A stretch of 64,000 bases of DNA. It comes from a virus. A program made the position numbers and the translations under genes. Shown here piece by piece: positions 52,874 to 60,901 of this stretch. Numbering within the stretch: the stretch's first letter is position 1; each line of letters begins with the position of its first letter. The DNA lies in the IMG/VR virus record IMGVR_UViG_3300032677_000006. One strand, written 5' to 3'. Under the pieces are notes generated by a model. It made no database searches. It saw nothing but the letters and a program-made list of their open reading frames with translations, and was not told the origin of the DNA.

Positions 52874-54550
52874 TTACTTGACTGAACCGCTCAAGCGTTG
52901 CACCAGGCCGATGGACTCGCTCAGGTCGCGAATGTCGCGACTCTGGGTAAGCACACGGGCTTCGGTAATCGCCGGAGCAGCGGGCTTGGCGTCGTTGGAC
53001 TCGGTTTTCACCTTGCCCGGTTCGGCGGCCACTTTCCCGGATTCAGGGCTGCCAGCGCCCTTCACCTTTTCGTCCTTGATGCCTTCTTTGGACGGCACTT
53101 CGCCCTCTTTGGGCTGTTTCAGCGCGTCAGCTTCTTGGACCGAATCTTTCTTGGGGCCTTCCAGTTTTTCCCGGATGACCGCGATGTGACGGAGACGAGT
53201 GGCCTCTTTGAGCGCCTTCTGGATTTCCGGCGTCTGCGCCTTGTCCTTGAATTCCAGGACGATCACCCGGCGACCGAGTTCCGTGACGTCTTCGTGATAG
53301 CGCTGGGCCATCAGGTCCAGGGCCTCGCAGGAGGTGTCGAAGTCGTGCTCCAGCGCCAGGAACTTGGCCTTGCGGCTTTCCGCCAGGCGTTGCCAGCCCT
53401 GACCGCGCCGGGTCAATTCTTCGACCATCTTCTGGCCGCTGCGCTTGCCTTTGATGGCTTCGCCCAGCTTTTTCTTGTACGTGACCGCCGTTTGAGCGGT
53501 GGCGTTGATGACGCGCATCAGCTTGCCGTTCTGTTCGGTCAGGCGTTTGGCCTCCTTGATGGGAAGGCGGGCCGATTGGGTCCAGGTCTCGGACAGACTG
53601 TCGAGTTCCTTGTGCAGCTTCTGGGCTTCCCAGGAGCGTTTCGGATCGGCAGCAGCCCATTCGCAGACCTGCTGGTGCAAGTCCTCGATTTGGCCCATGG
53701 ACTCGGCGAATCTGCTCAGCTTGGTGGGTTCCAAACCTCGGAGCGCGGTCACCCGCGTCTTGATTTCGTTGATTTCCATATTTTTTGTGGTGTGTTTGTT
53801 GCTGGCTGTTGCAGGGCTACTGCTTGAACCAGATGAAGGCGACGATTCCTTCAAATTTTTGGCAGTCTCGGCTTCGAGGACTGGGGCCGTTTTGGCCGGT
53901 TGGAGAGATTCTGCGGTGGGGTTGGGGGAAACAGGGGCGGCGAACTGCGGGGTCGAGGTGCTGAGGGCGGGGCGCTGCGGGGTCAGTTCGGCGGATTCAA
54001 AACTCGGCTTGATGACCACGTCCCAGCTTTCACACACGTAGTCCTCCTCCACGTTGTCCACGCCGTCCGCTCCGCGCTTCAGGGAGCCGTAGCCTCGGCT
54101 GGACACCAGTGGATTGTAGCCGCCTTCAATCAATCCCATCAGCTTGCCGGACTCAGGTATGAGCGTGGGATTATACAGCGCAATCTCGCCCATGACCTCG
54201 TGAATGACTTTCCCGTCCGCGTCCTTGGACTCCACCATCTGCGCGCTGACCACCTGGTGGGAAATCGGGGATTGCAGCGTCACCAGGCCGTCCTTGGGAT
54301 GTTCCAGCAGGCCGAAGGCGGCGTTGCGCTTGATGGCTTCCTGGAGCGGCGATCCGGGCGTGAGATTCTTTTCCCAGACGCGCTTGCTGTAGCGCCGGTT
54401 GTTGCCGTTGACGCAGTCACAGACGCTGAAGCGACCCGGTATGCGAGCAACACTTCCGCCGTTGGGACGGCTCTCGATAACGGGAGGTTTGGACCGGTCT
54501 ACGATGAACGTATAGGCTCCGGCAATGCCTTCGGCTAAGTATTGTCTCAT
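52874..54550 (-). CDS. Prohead protease (gp21-like) fused to coiled-coil scaffold (gp22-like)
   Basis: 'NGNNRRYS', 'GLLEHP', 'VSSRGYGS', 'WDVVIKPS', then a helical charged C-terminal half. Confidence 0.88.
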   Translation of the reverse strand: MRQYLAEGIAGAYTFIVDRSKPPVIESRPNGGSVARIPGRFSVCDCVNGNNRRYSKRVWEKNLTPGSPLQEAIKRNAAFGLLEHPKDGLVTLQSPISHQVVSAQMVESKDADGKVIHEVMGEIALYNPTLIPESGKLMGLIEGGYNPLVSSRGYGSLKRGADGVDNVEEDYVCESWDVVIKPSFESAELTPQRPALSTSTPQFAAPVSPNPTAESLQPAKTAPVLEAETAKNLKESSPSSGSSSSPATASNKHTTKNMEINEIKTRVTALRGLEPTKLSRFAESMGQIEDLHQQVCEWAAADPKRSWEAQKLHKELDSLSETWTQSARLPIKEAKRLTEQNGKLMRVINATAQTAVTYKKKLGEAIKGKRSGQKMVEELTRRGQGWQRLAESRKAKFLALEHDFDTSCEALDLMAQRYHEDVTELGRRVIVLEFKDKAQTPEIQKALKEATRLRHIAVIREKLEGPKKDSVQEADALKQPKEGEVPSKEGIKDEKVKGAGSPESGKVAAEPGKVKTESNDAKPAAPAITEARVLTQSRDIRDLSESIGLVQRLSGSVK

Positions 54551-54654
54551 GTATGCGGCGGACGCGCTGATTAAAGGGTCCGCCTATAACCACGAGGAAC
54601 CGCCGCCGAAAGTAAACGAAACGCGAAAACGCCGCTAAGACGATTGAAACTACA

Positions 54655-54924
54655 TCAAATGTTGGGAGAATAAGGCAGCACCGGCGCTTTGGGCAGTCGC
54701 GGCCTCTCAATTAGCACCTCTGCCTTCAGAAAATTCCAGGCCATGGTCAAGGCTTCCTCGATGGCGTCCATGTTCGCGCCGCGCTGCTTGAACCACTCAC
54801 GAACCTCCTCAATTTCAAGCTCTTCGCTGAAACCGTCCACCGGAGTGGTCAGCGTGCAAAAGGTGCTGAACATCTCCCGGGTGATGATCACGTGCAGGGG
54901 TTCAGGGGAGGGTGGAATCTGCAT
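54655..54924 (-). CDS. Hypothetical protein
   Basis: ORF within the operon. Confidence 0.55.
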   Translation of the reverse strand: MQIPPSPEPLHVIITREMFSTFCTLTTPVDGFSEELEIEEVREWFKQRGANMDAIEEALTMAWNFLKAEVLIERPRLPKAPVLPYSPNI

Positions 54925-55642
54925 ATTTTACCAGGTAGGCGGACAGGTCTTGGAAGGCTAAGTTGAACGATTCACGACTGTCAACCAGCTCAAGCTGATC
55001 TGGTTGCATGAACTCGTATACAATAGCGAGCGCAATTTCATCCGCCCAGTCGCAAAAATTATCCCGATTTATGCCCGGCAGGCACTCCTTGTAGCGCTCC
55101 AGAGCCGCCTCTTTCATCCGGTCCAAAGTAGACGGCAATTCGTCAATGTACCGCTGCGGGTCTACGTTTTCAGCGGACTCGCCCATGGGCCGGATGTTCC
55201 TGGCGTCGCCGATGGTGAAGTAGTCGGCCACACCCTCTGATTCGTCGAACGGCGGAAATGGATCGCTCACGTGTACGCGGGGCAGGTAGCGCCGCAGCAG
55301 CCGGTGATAAAAGCTCAGCTTGTCCTGGTTGTAGCTGCCGACCAGGAGAGTGCCGTACTTGGAAATCCAGCTGCGCACCAGGTCCAGAAACTCGTGCCGG
55401 TGGCCCAACGCGTGATGTCCGCCCACCTGGCGCTTCTGCTGGCTGTCCGGGTCGAACGACAGGCCGCGCCGGTTGAGCGAAATTTCGTTGAACTTGACCT
55501 CCTCGCCCTTGATGTGCTTTTTGCCCTGCCAGAGCTTCATGTTGTAGTCCCCGACGTCGGCGGCGGCCACCAGGGTGTAGCCCTCGGGCGTCCACTCGCC
55601 GTCGGTTTCCAACAGGCTGAAGGCTAACTGGGCGGCGTTCAT
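54902..55642 (-). CDS. Hypothetical protein with 'QLAFSLLE' tag
   Basis: ATGA overlap with the upstream gene. Confidence 0.65.
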   Translation of the reverse strand: MNAAQLAFSLLETDGEWTPEGYTLVAAADVGDYNMKLWQGKKHIKGEEVKFNEISLNRRGLSFDPDSQQKRQVGGHHALGHRHEFLDLVRSWISKYGTLLVGSYNQDKLSFYHRLLRRYLPRVHVSDPFPPFDESEGVADYFTIGDARNIRPMGESAENVDPQRYIDELPSTLDRMKEAALERYKECLPGINRDNFCDWADEIALAIVYEFMQPDQLELVDSRESFNLAFQDLSAYLVKYADSTLP

Positions 55643-55935
55643 CCTTTGCCGAAAATGTCGTGCCAGGGGTGGTTCGGGTCCCGGGCCGCCTGCCGGAACT
55701 TTTCGTGCGCGGCCCGGATGGTCTTGGGCGGCCAGATGATCGGGCCTTTGCAGTCGGAATGGTACGCCTGATCCATGCTCTCGCCCTGGAAAAAGACGTG
55801 CTTCTCGTGAATTTCCTGCTGGCAGTGCGGACAGACGTGATACGTCTCTGCGCGCGTGGCCTCAATTACTTCCAGGGACTGGGTCGGCTGGCTTTGCTGG
55901 CTCTCCCCCAGGACTCTTCGTAGCGTTGTGTTCAT
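55639..55935 (-). CDS. Zn-binding hypothetical protein with 'LRRVLGE' tag
   Basis: CPHC...H..C. Confidence 0.65.
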   Translation of the reverse strand: MNTTLRRVLGESQQSQPTQSLEVIEATRAETYHVCPHCQQEIHEKHVFFQGESMDQAYHSDCKGPIIWPPKTIRAAHEKFRQAARDPNHPWHDIFGKG

Positions 55936-56344
55936 GCAGTGCCTTGGTTATGGCGTCTTTGTAGATACCGAAGCACAGCCCGCTGTAAAATCGGCCTGGC
56001 GTCGCGAGCTTCATCTTGCCCTGCTCATTCAGGAGCACGAATTCGACGGCCTGGGCTTCGCTGAAATGGTTCAGGTAGCACTTGTTGGCCGGGCTGCTGG
56101 GCAGGTGCTGGCCCGCCACCGGCTCCAGGTAGATTTTGTAATTCTTGTCGGTCGGCACCACCGTCGCACCGTTTTTGATGGCCTCCAGGGCGATGGATGG
56201 CTTCATGCCGCCGCAGTGGGAGCAGGTGTTGTCGTCACGCCAGTGCGGCTGGCTGTGGGAGTGGTAAACCAAAGGACTGGCCGCGATCTCAGCTTCGGTC
56301 ATCACCGAGCACCGGCCCCAGAACGTGTCGGCGTCCTGGCTCAC
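55862..56344 (-). CDS. Hypothetical protein
   Basis: 'CSHCGG', 'PTDKNYKIY'. Confidence 0.55.
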   Translation of the reverse strand: MSQDADTFWGRCSVMTEAEIAASPLVYHSHSQPHWRDDNTCSHCGGMKPSIALEAIKNGATVVPTDKNYKIYLEPVAGQHLPSSPANKCYLNHFSEAQAVEFVLLNEQGKMKLATPGRFYSGLCFGIYKDAITKALHEHNATKSPGGEPAKPADPVPGSN

Positions 56345-56946
56345 ATGAACCTCCGCAGGGCCTCGTAGGCGTTGGTGGGATTAAAATTGCTGGTCGGCTC
56401 CGGCATCGTGCCGCCGTCCTTGGCCGATAGCAACGCCATGGCGGCGTGGCCCTGCGCCTGGGGCGCGTCTTCAGTCAAGACCGTCATATTCTGCACCATG
56501 GCCTCAGCCTCCTCGGTGGACACGGCTCCGGCGGCGGCCATCTCCTGGCCGTTGCGCGCAGGCGCTCCAGTGCGCCGGTGGCCCAAAAGCACATCCATGG
56601 CGCGCATGGCTGGATCGCTCTGGCCCATGCCGTTCTGGGGCAGCTCCGGGGCGTTCTCCAGGTCAGCCACGGTAAACTTCTGCGGGCTGCCGCTGCCTGG
56701 CACTTTGGAGGGGTCGATGGGCTGCTGTGAGTCGGGCGTGCAGTCCGGGGCGGTCAGCGCCGAGTACGGCGTCAGGTACTTCTCCTTTTCGCCGGTCGGC
56801 TTGCTGGGTTCCTGGACCACCCGGGTCAGCGGAGCCAGCGGTTTGCCTACCACTTCCTGGGTCATGTCGTGCTCTTCGGCGTCGTCAGGAATTACCCCTT
56901 TGGTGCCGCGCTCTTCGCCAAGCACACGTTTCAACATTGGATTCAT
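56341..56946 (-). CDS. Low-complexity hypothetical protein with 'MLKRVLGE' tag
   Basis: Start placed at ATG 56946 (ATGA overlap with the upstream gene). Confidence 0.65.
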   Translation of the reverse strand: MNPMLKRVLGEERGTKGVIPDDAEEHDMTQEVVGKPLAPLTRVVQEPSKPTGEKEKYLTPYSALTAPDCTPDSQQPIDPSKVPGSGSPQKFTVADLENAPELPQNGMGQSDPAMRAMDVLLGHRRTGAPARNGQEMAAAGAVSTEEAEAMVQNMTVLTEDAPQAQGHAAMALLSAKDGGTMPEPTSNFNPTNAYEALRRFM

Positions 56947-57158
56947 ACGCGTAATTTTGACATTTCCCGGTCGTAGGAGGCCGCCGTGGCCGGATCGTGC
57001 ATCCGGATCAGTTCGCTGGCCAGGGCGATGATCTGGTCGCGGTCGCCGCGCTTGGCGGCGGCCACAATGGCGTTGGCCAGCTCCACCTCCCGGCGCTCTT
57101 CCGGGCTGCCGGAGGTTTCGCTGTCTTCGCCCAGTACCTGTGCAATCAGTGCATTCAC
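56943..57158 (-). CDS. Small helical protein with 'LIAQVLGE' tag
   Basis: ATGA overlaps on both sides. Confidence 0.65.
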   Translation of the reverse strand: MNALIAQVLGEDSETSGSPEERREVELANAIVAAAKRGDRDQIIALASELIRMHDPATAASYDREMSKLRV

Positions 57159-57592
57159 GAAACCGGCTCCATTGTGCCTTTGTCACGGTTGGCGACCACC
57201 CGCTGCAAAATCTGGGAATAATCGGACGACGGCTCCGGCACGGGAATGTTCTCCGAATCCGCCAGCTCGTCCAGCAGCTGGCCAAGCTCGCGCCCTGCGC
57301 CCTGGCCGATCACAAAGCACAGGTTGACAAAATCAACGTAGCTGGCGGGTGTAAACATCAGCTGGGTGGCCACGTCCATCTTCTGGCCGGATTGCCACAT
57401 GCGGGCCAGCTCCTGAACCGGCACGGTGCTGGATTGAGCTGGCGGCGCATCCATCTCGGTTGGCTCCGGATCAATCTGGGCTGGCTCCGGACCTGCTTGC
57501 GCCTGGCTCTGAGCCGCGTCGTCTACCTCGGGCGGCGCGATTTCATCGTCCGACTCGCCCAGCAGGCGGCGCAAAAATGGGTTGTAGCTCAT
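57155..57592 (-). CDS. Acidic protein with 'LRRLLGE' tag
   Basis: GTAGTTA 8 nt upstream. Confidence 0.65.
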   Translation of the reverse strand: MSYNPFLRRLLGESDDEIAPPEVDDAAQSQAQAGPEPAQIDPEPTEMDAPPAQSSTVPVQELARMWQSGQKMDVATQLMFTPASYVDFVNLCFVIGQGAGRELGQLLDELADSENIPVPEPSSDYSQILQRVVANRDKGTMEPVS

Positions 57593-57603
57593 ACCTGGGC
57601 TAA

Positions 57604-58533
57604 CTACACCAGGTCAGTGAGAATCCGATAACCGACCTGCTCAAGTTGACGGGTGGAGCTGCCTGCGTTCATGTAGCCGCCCGACCACGGGGGATAGATC
57701 AGCTTGAACGGACGGTAGTAGTGACGGTAGCTATACTCACGCGTGGCCCGGTTCATGGCCTGGGAGGCAACCAGGTCGGCCTGCTTGCGCGGAACCCCGG
57801 CAAAGCTGGTGGGGACATCCTGGTGCTGGAGCAGACCATGTTCGATGTCCAGGCAGTTCATGTCCTGCTTTTCCATCTGGATGAAACCAGCCAGGCGCGC
57901 CCGGATGTTGAAGTCGCAGTGCTCCTCGCCGAATTTCCCAAACTCAGTGTCGAAGTAACCGATCTTTTCAATCACCGCCCGGGTCATGGACATCATGATT
58001 CCGGTCATGCGCGGCAGCATCTTGACCTTGTACCCGCGCCAGGGGTACGTGACCCACTTGTAGCTCTCCGGGTTGCCGGAGATGGCCGGGCTGGCCTTGT
58101 CGAAGTCGCAGAAACAGAACAGGCCCACGCCCAGGTCATCGTGCGCCTGGGCGTACGCGCGGACGAAATCACCGGTGACCAGCAGGTCGTCGTTACACAG
58201 GCACAGGTGGTCGCAGCCCGAGTCCATGAACATTTTGATCAGCCGGTTGCTGTTGCCTGCCACCCCCAGGTTGCGTTCGCCCAGGAGCACCCGGGCGTTG
58301 GGATAGACCGCCGCCGGGTCGCCGCTGTCTACGTATTCCGTGGCCATGAGATCGCGCCGGTAGGCGTACTCTGTCGTGCGGCCCGCTTTCAGGAAGCTCG
58401 ACGTGCTGTCCCGCTGGCCGCAGTCTTCAGCGATGGCGCACTGGTACTGGGAGCAGTGCTCTTCAATTCCGGCCATCATGGCCTGGAGCGCCGCCAGCCG
58501 CCGGAAGGTGAGGATGCCGATGAAAGATTTCAT
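57604..58533 (-). CDS. GT2-family glycosyltransferase
   Basis: 'GILTFRR', 'AEDCG', 'NLGVAGNSN', 'LCNDD', 'IGYFDTEF..FGEEHCDF..R'. Confidence 0.85.
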   Translation of the reverse strand: MKSFIGILTFRRLAALQAMMAGIEEHCSQYQCAIAEDCGQRDSTSSFLKAGRTTEYAYRRDLMATEYVDSGDPAAVYPNARVLLGERNLGVAGNSNRLIKMFMDSGCDHLCLCNDDLLVTGDFVRAYAQAHDDLGVGLFCFCDFDKASPAISGNPESYKWVTYPWRGYKVKMLPRMTGIMMSMTRAVIEKIGYFDTEFGKFGEEHCDFNIRARLAGFIQMEKQDMNCLDIEHGLLQHQDVPTSFAGVPRKQADLVASQAMNRATREYSYRHYYRPFKLIYPPWSGGYMNAGSSTRQLEQVGYRILTDLV

Positions 58534-58766
58534 GATTCAGATTCCGTGAGCACGCCGATGACTTTTGGCTCGCCGACGATTTTAGCGGCGGCAGCGTTGG
58601 CCCGGAACAGGCACGTCAGCGTTTCCACCGCCTCTTTGGCCGCCTGGTCGTACAGCTGGCCGATCAGGCAGTCGTGGCCCCAGGGCGACGTGGCTTTGAT
58701 CTCCACGGTCAGCTGGATGCGGGCGGTGGCTTTGACCCGGGGCCGGGGCATGACTTTGGTTTCCAT
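58530..58766 (-). CDS. Hypothetical protein
   Basis: Coupled ORF. Confidence 0.55.
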   Translation of the reverse strand: METKVMPRPRVKATARIQLTVEIKATSPWGHDCLIGQLYDQAAKEAVETLTCLFRANAAAAKIVGEPKVIGVLTESES

Positions 58767-58771
58767 ACGCT

Positions 58772-59059
58772 TCAGTTGTTAAGCCGGGAGGTCAGCACCT
58801 TGCCCATGCGAAAGCGGACCGCCTGGCGGGCCGGGATGTGGTATTGGGCGGCGTGTGGGCGCTTGGGGTTGCGGCCCACCTTGGGCTTGCGGGTGACCAC
58901 CTCCAGCACGCCGAAGTTGCGGAACTCCACCCGGCGGCCCTTGCCCAGCGCCTCGGTGACGCAGTCCAGGATGGTGTCTACAATTCCCAGGGCGCGGGAG
59001 ACCGGCAGGTCCAGGCGCTTGTTCAAGTCTACGGCCAGCTGGTTGCGGTTGTAATTCAC
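58772..59059 (-). CDS. HU/IHF-family nucleoid protein
   Basis: 'VEFRNFGVLEV..RKPKVGRNPK...IPARQAVRFRMGK'; GTG start at 59059. Confidence 0.9.
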   Translation of the reverse strand: MNYNRNQLAVDLNKRLDLPVSRALGIVDTILDCVTEALGKGRRVEFRNFGVLEVVTRKPKVGRNPKRPHAAQYHIPARQAVRFRMGKVLTSRLNN

Positions 59060-59382
59060 TTGTTCCGGCCCTCCCAGTAGCCCACCACGATGCGCGCGGC
59101 GGACTCTGGCATCAGATTGACGTCCGCGCCCAGGTCCAGCACGAACACGAGCACCCGGTAGCACAGCACCACGATCCACAGCTGGGTCACCACCACGTTC
59201 ACGATGGCAAAGGCGATCAGCTCGTTGGCCGTCGGCGCGCCGAACAGCTTCCAGAAGCCCAGCGTCATCCAGCTGAACAGAATGAGGGCGGCCATGGTGA
59301 AGTCCAAGGGCGCAAACAGACCCAGCTTGCGCTGGGCCTCGAAGCGCGACATCGGCTTTTCGGGAGCGGGAATGGCAGGCAT
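59056..59382 (-). CDS. Small membrane protein with two transmembrane segments
   Basis: Two hydrophobic segments. Confidence 0.6.
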   Translation of the reverse strand: MPAIPAPEKPMSRFEAQRKLGLFAPLDFTMAALILFSWMTLGFWKLFGAPTANELIAFAIVNVVVTQLWIVVLCYRVLVFVLDLGADVNLMPESAARIVVGYWEGRNK

Positions 59383-59383
59383 G

Positions 59384-60901
59384 TTAGCTGAGCGCCTCTT
59401 TGGCGTGTTGTTCGATCAGGGCGAAGATTTCCGCGAGCGAGGCGCAATCCCGGGGCTGCCACGCCTTCTGCTTGCTGACCAGCCGGGTCTTGAGCTTGTC
59501 GCTGGGCGCGCTGAACCGCAGGCGCATGGGGCTGGTGTTGTCTACCGTGAACAGGACCCGGTGCCGGTTGTTGGACGAGTCCTCGCCGTAGTAGACAATG
59601 GTTTCGTCTTCCACACGGCGGGAAAAGCTGTCATCCAGGTAGGCGATGATTTCCTGCTCGTCGCTGCTGGAAACCCGGAACTCCTTGTCCGCCGGGTGCG
59701 GCAGGCAGGCCGGGATGCGCTCCTGGTTGCGGCCCAGCAGGCGCGGGCTGATGGCCATAGTGGTCAGGCCCAGGTTGGCCGCTTCGATCCGGCAGCTGTC
59801 CCGCATGTCGCACATGTTGCATTTGCGGCAGTTGCGGGAGTACAGGATGCCGTAGCAGGACATGATGTTGCCGATCATCCGGGGCGGCTTGGCCCCGATC
59901 TCGATCAGCATCTCCTCCACCTCGGGCTTGCCCTTGACCTTCTCGTCAAATTGATTGCGCGCCGCCATCGTAAACAATCGCCGGACCACCATGTCGTCGT
60001 GCAGATTGGCGGGAATCTGGATGCCAAACAGCTGGCTCAAGGTGGCGATCAGGACGTTCCGGCGGCTTTGTTCATCTAGTTGTTCGTTGCTCATGTTGCG
60101 GTAGGCGGTGATTTTCTGCCTGACTGTTAGAACGTATTTGGCGAAGTCCTTGACATCCATGCCCAACCCCTCGGCCAGATGCTCGTTCTTGAGCTTGATG
60201 TTGAAGCCCTGGTCCTCCCGTTTACGCCAGGCGTCCAGCTGGGCCAGGCAGCAGGCTTTGGCGTTGGGCCGGTGGAGCTGCCGGAACACCAGGATTTCCG
60301 TCTCCGTCAACAGCGACTCATACTCCGCCTCGACCTCGCGGGCTTCCTGCTGGTCATGGTCGCTGCCGTTGGCCACCTGGACGTTCAGCTCCGGATCGTC
60401 CAGGCTCAGCTCGACGTTTTTGTGGTAAGCGGGGGCCTCCTCTTCATGCTCGTTGTCGTCGTCTACACTCAAGGGCTTAGCCCCTGGTGCCGGGGCGAAA
60501 CGCTGGTCCCGGGGCGGCGGCTTCTGGCCGGTGCGCTTTTCCGTGAACCGGTACTTCTGTAGACGGCTGCGGGCCATGTTGCTCACGCAGGCCGTGAAGA
60601 AGCGGAAGAAGTCGTAGCGGCTGACCTGGCGGTCCAGCTCGCCCTTGCTGATCAGCTCCGCGAGCTTCAACCGGCCCTCGCCGATCAATTCGTCGTAGTG
60701 CATGAACGGGGTGGTCACATCCCGGTACTGCCAGGCCACGGAGGCGATCACGCGCTCCAGGTCTTCCATCATCTCTTCCAAGATGGGTGGTCGCAGCTTG
60801 GGGTCGGCCCAGAGCGGGCCGCGACAGACGTGGTGCCGGGTCAGTTTTACCTGCCAGCAATCACTGTCCGGAATCTTCGTCGAAAACGCCATATTCGCCA
60901 T
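59384..60901 (-). CDS. Sigma-factor-like protein with a Cys-rich C-terminal extension
   Basis: 'DELIGEGRLKL...FFTACVSNMARS' (region 2), 'LSLDDP', 'LTETEILVF...HLAEGLG' (region 4), 'CYG...CRKCNMC....C'. Confidence 0.55.
   Translation of the reverse strand: MANMAFSTKIPDSDCWQVKLTRHHVCRGPLWADPKLRPPILEEMMEDLERVIASVAWQYRDVTTPFMHYDELIGEGRLKLAELISKGELDRQVSRYDFFRFFTACVSNMARSRLQKYRFTEKRTGQKPPPRDQRFAPAPGAKPLSVDDDNEHEEEAPAYHKNVELSLDDPELNVQVANGSDHDQQEAREVEAEYESLLTETEILVFRQLHRPNAKACCLAQLDAWRKREDQGFNIKLKNEHLAEGLGMDVKDFAKYVLTVRQKITAYRNMSNEQLDEQSRRNVLIATLSQLFGIQIPANLHDDMVVRRLFTMAARNQFDEKVKGKPEVEEMLIEIGAKPPRMIGNIMSCYGILYSRNCRKCNMCDMRDSCRIEAANLGLTTMAISPRLLGRNQERIPACLPHPADKEFRVSSSDEQEIIAYLDDSFSRRVEDETIVYYGEDSSNNRHRVLFTVDNTSPMRLRFSAPSDKLKTRLVSKQKAWQPRDCASLAEIFALIEQHAKEALS

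Noticed and set aside
56947-57285. N-terminal extension of ORF 56341-57285 in the ORF track
   Set aside because: Overlaps two better genes; the start at 56946 gives an ATGA overlap and the LGE tag
59056-59382. Holin call for the two-TM protein
   Set aside because: No endolysin or spanin nearby and no family motif recognised
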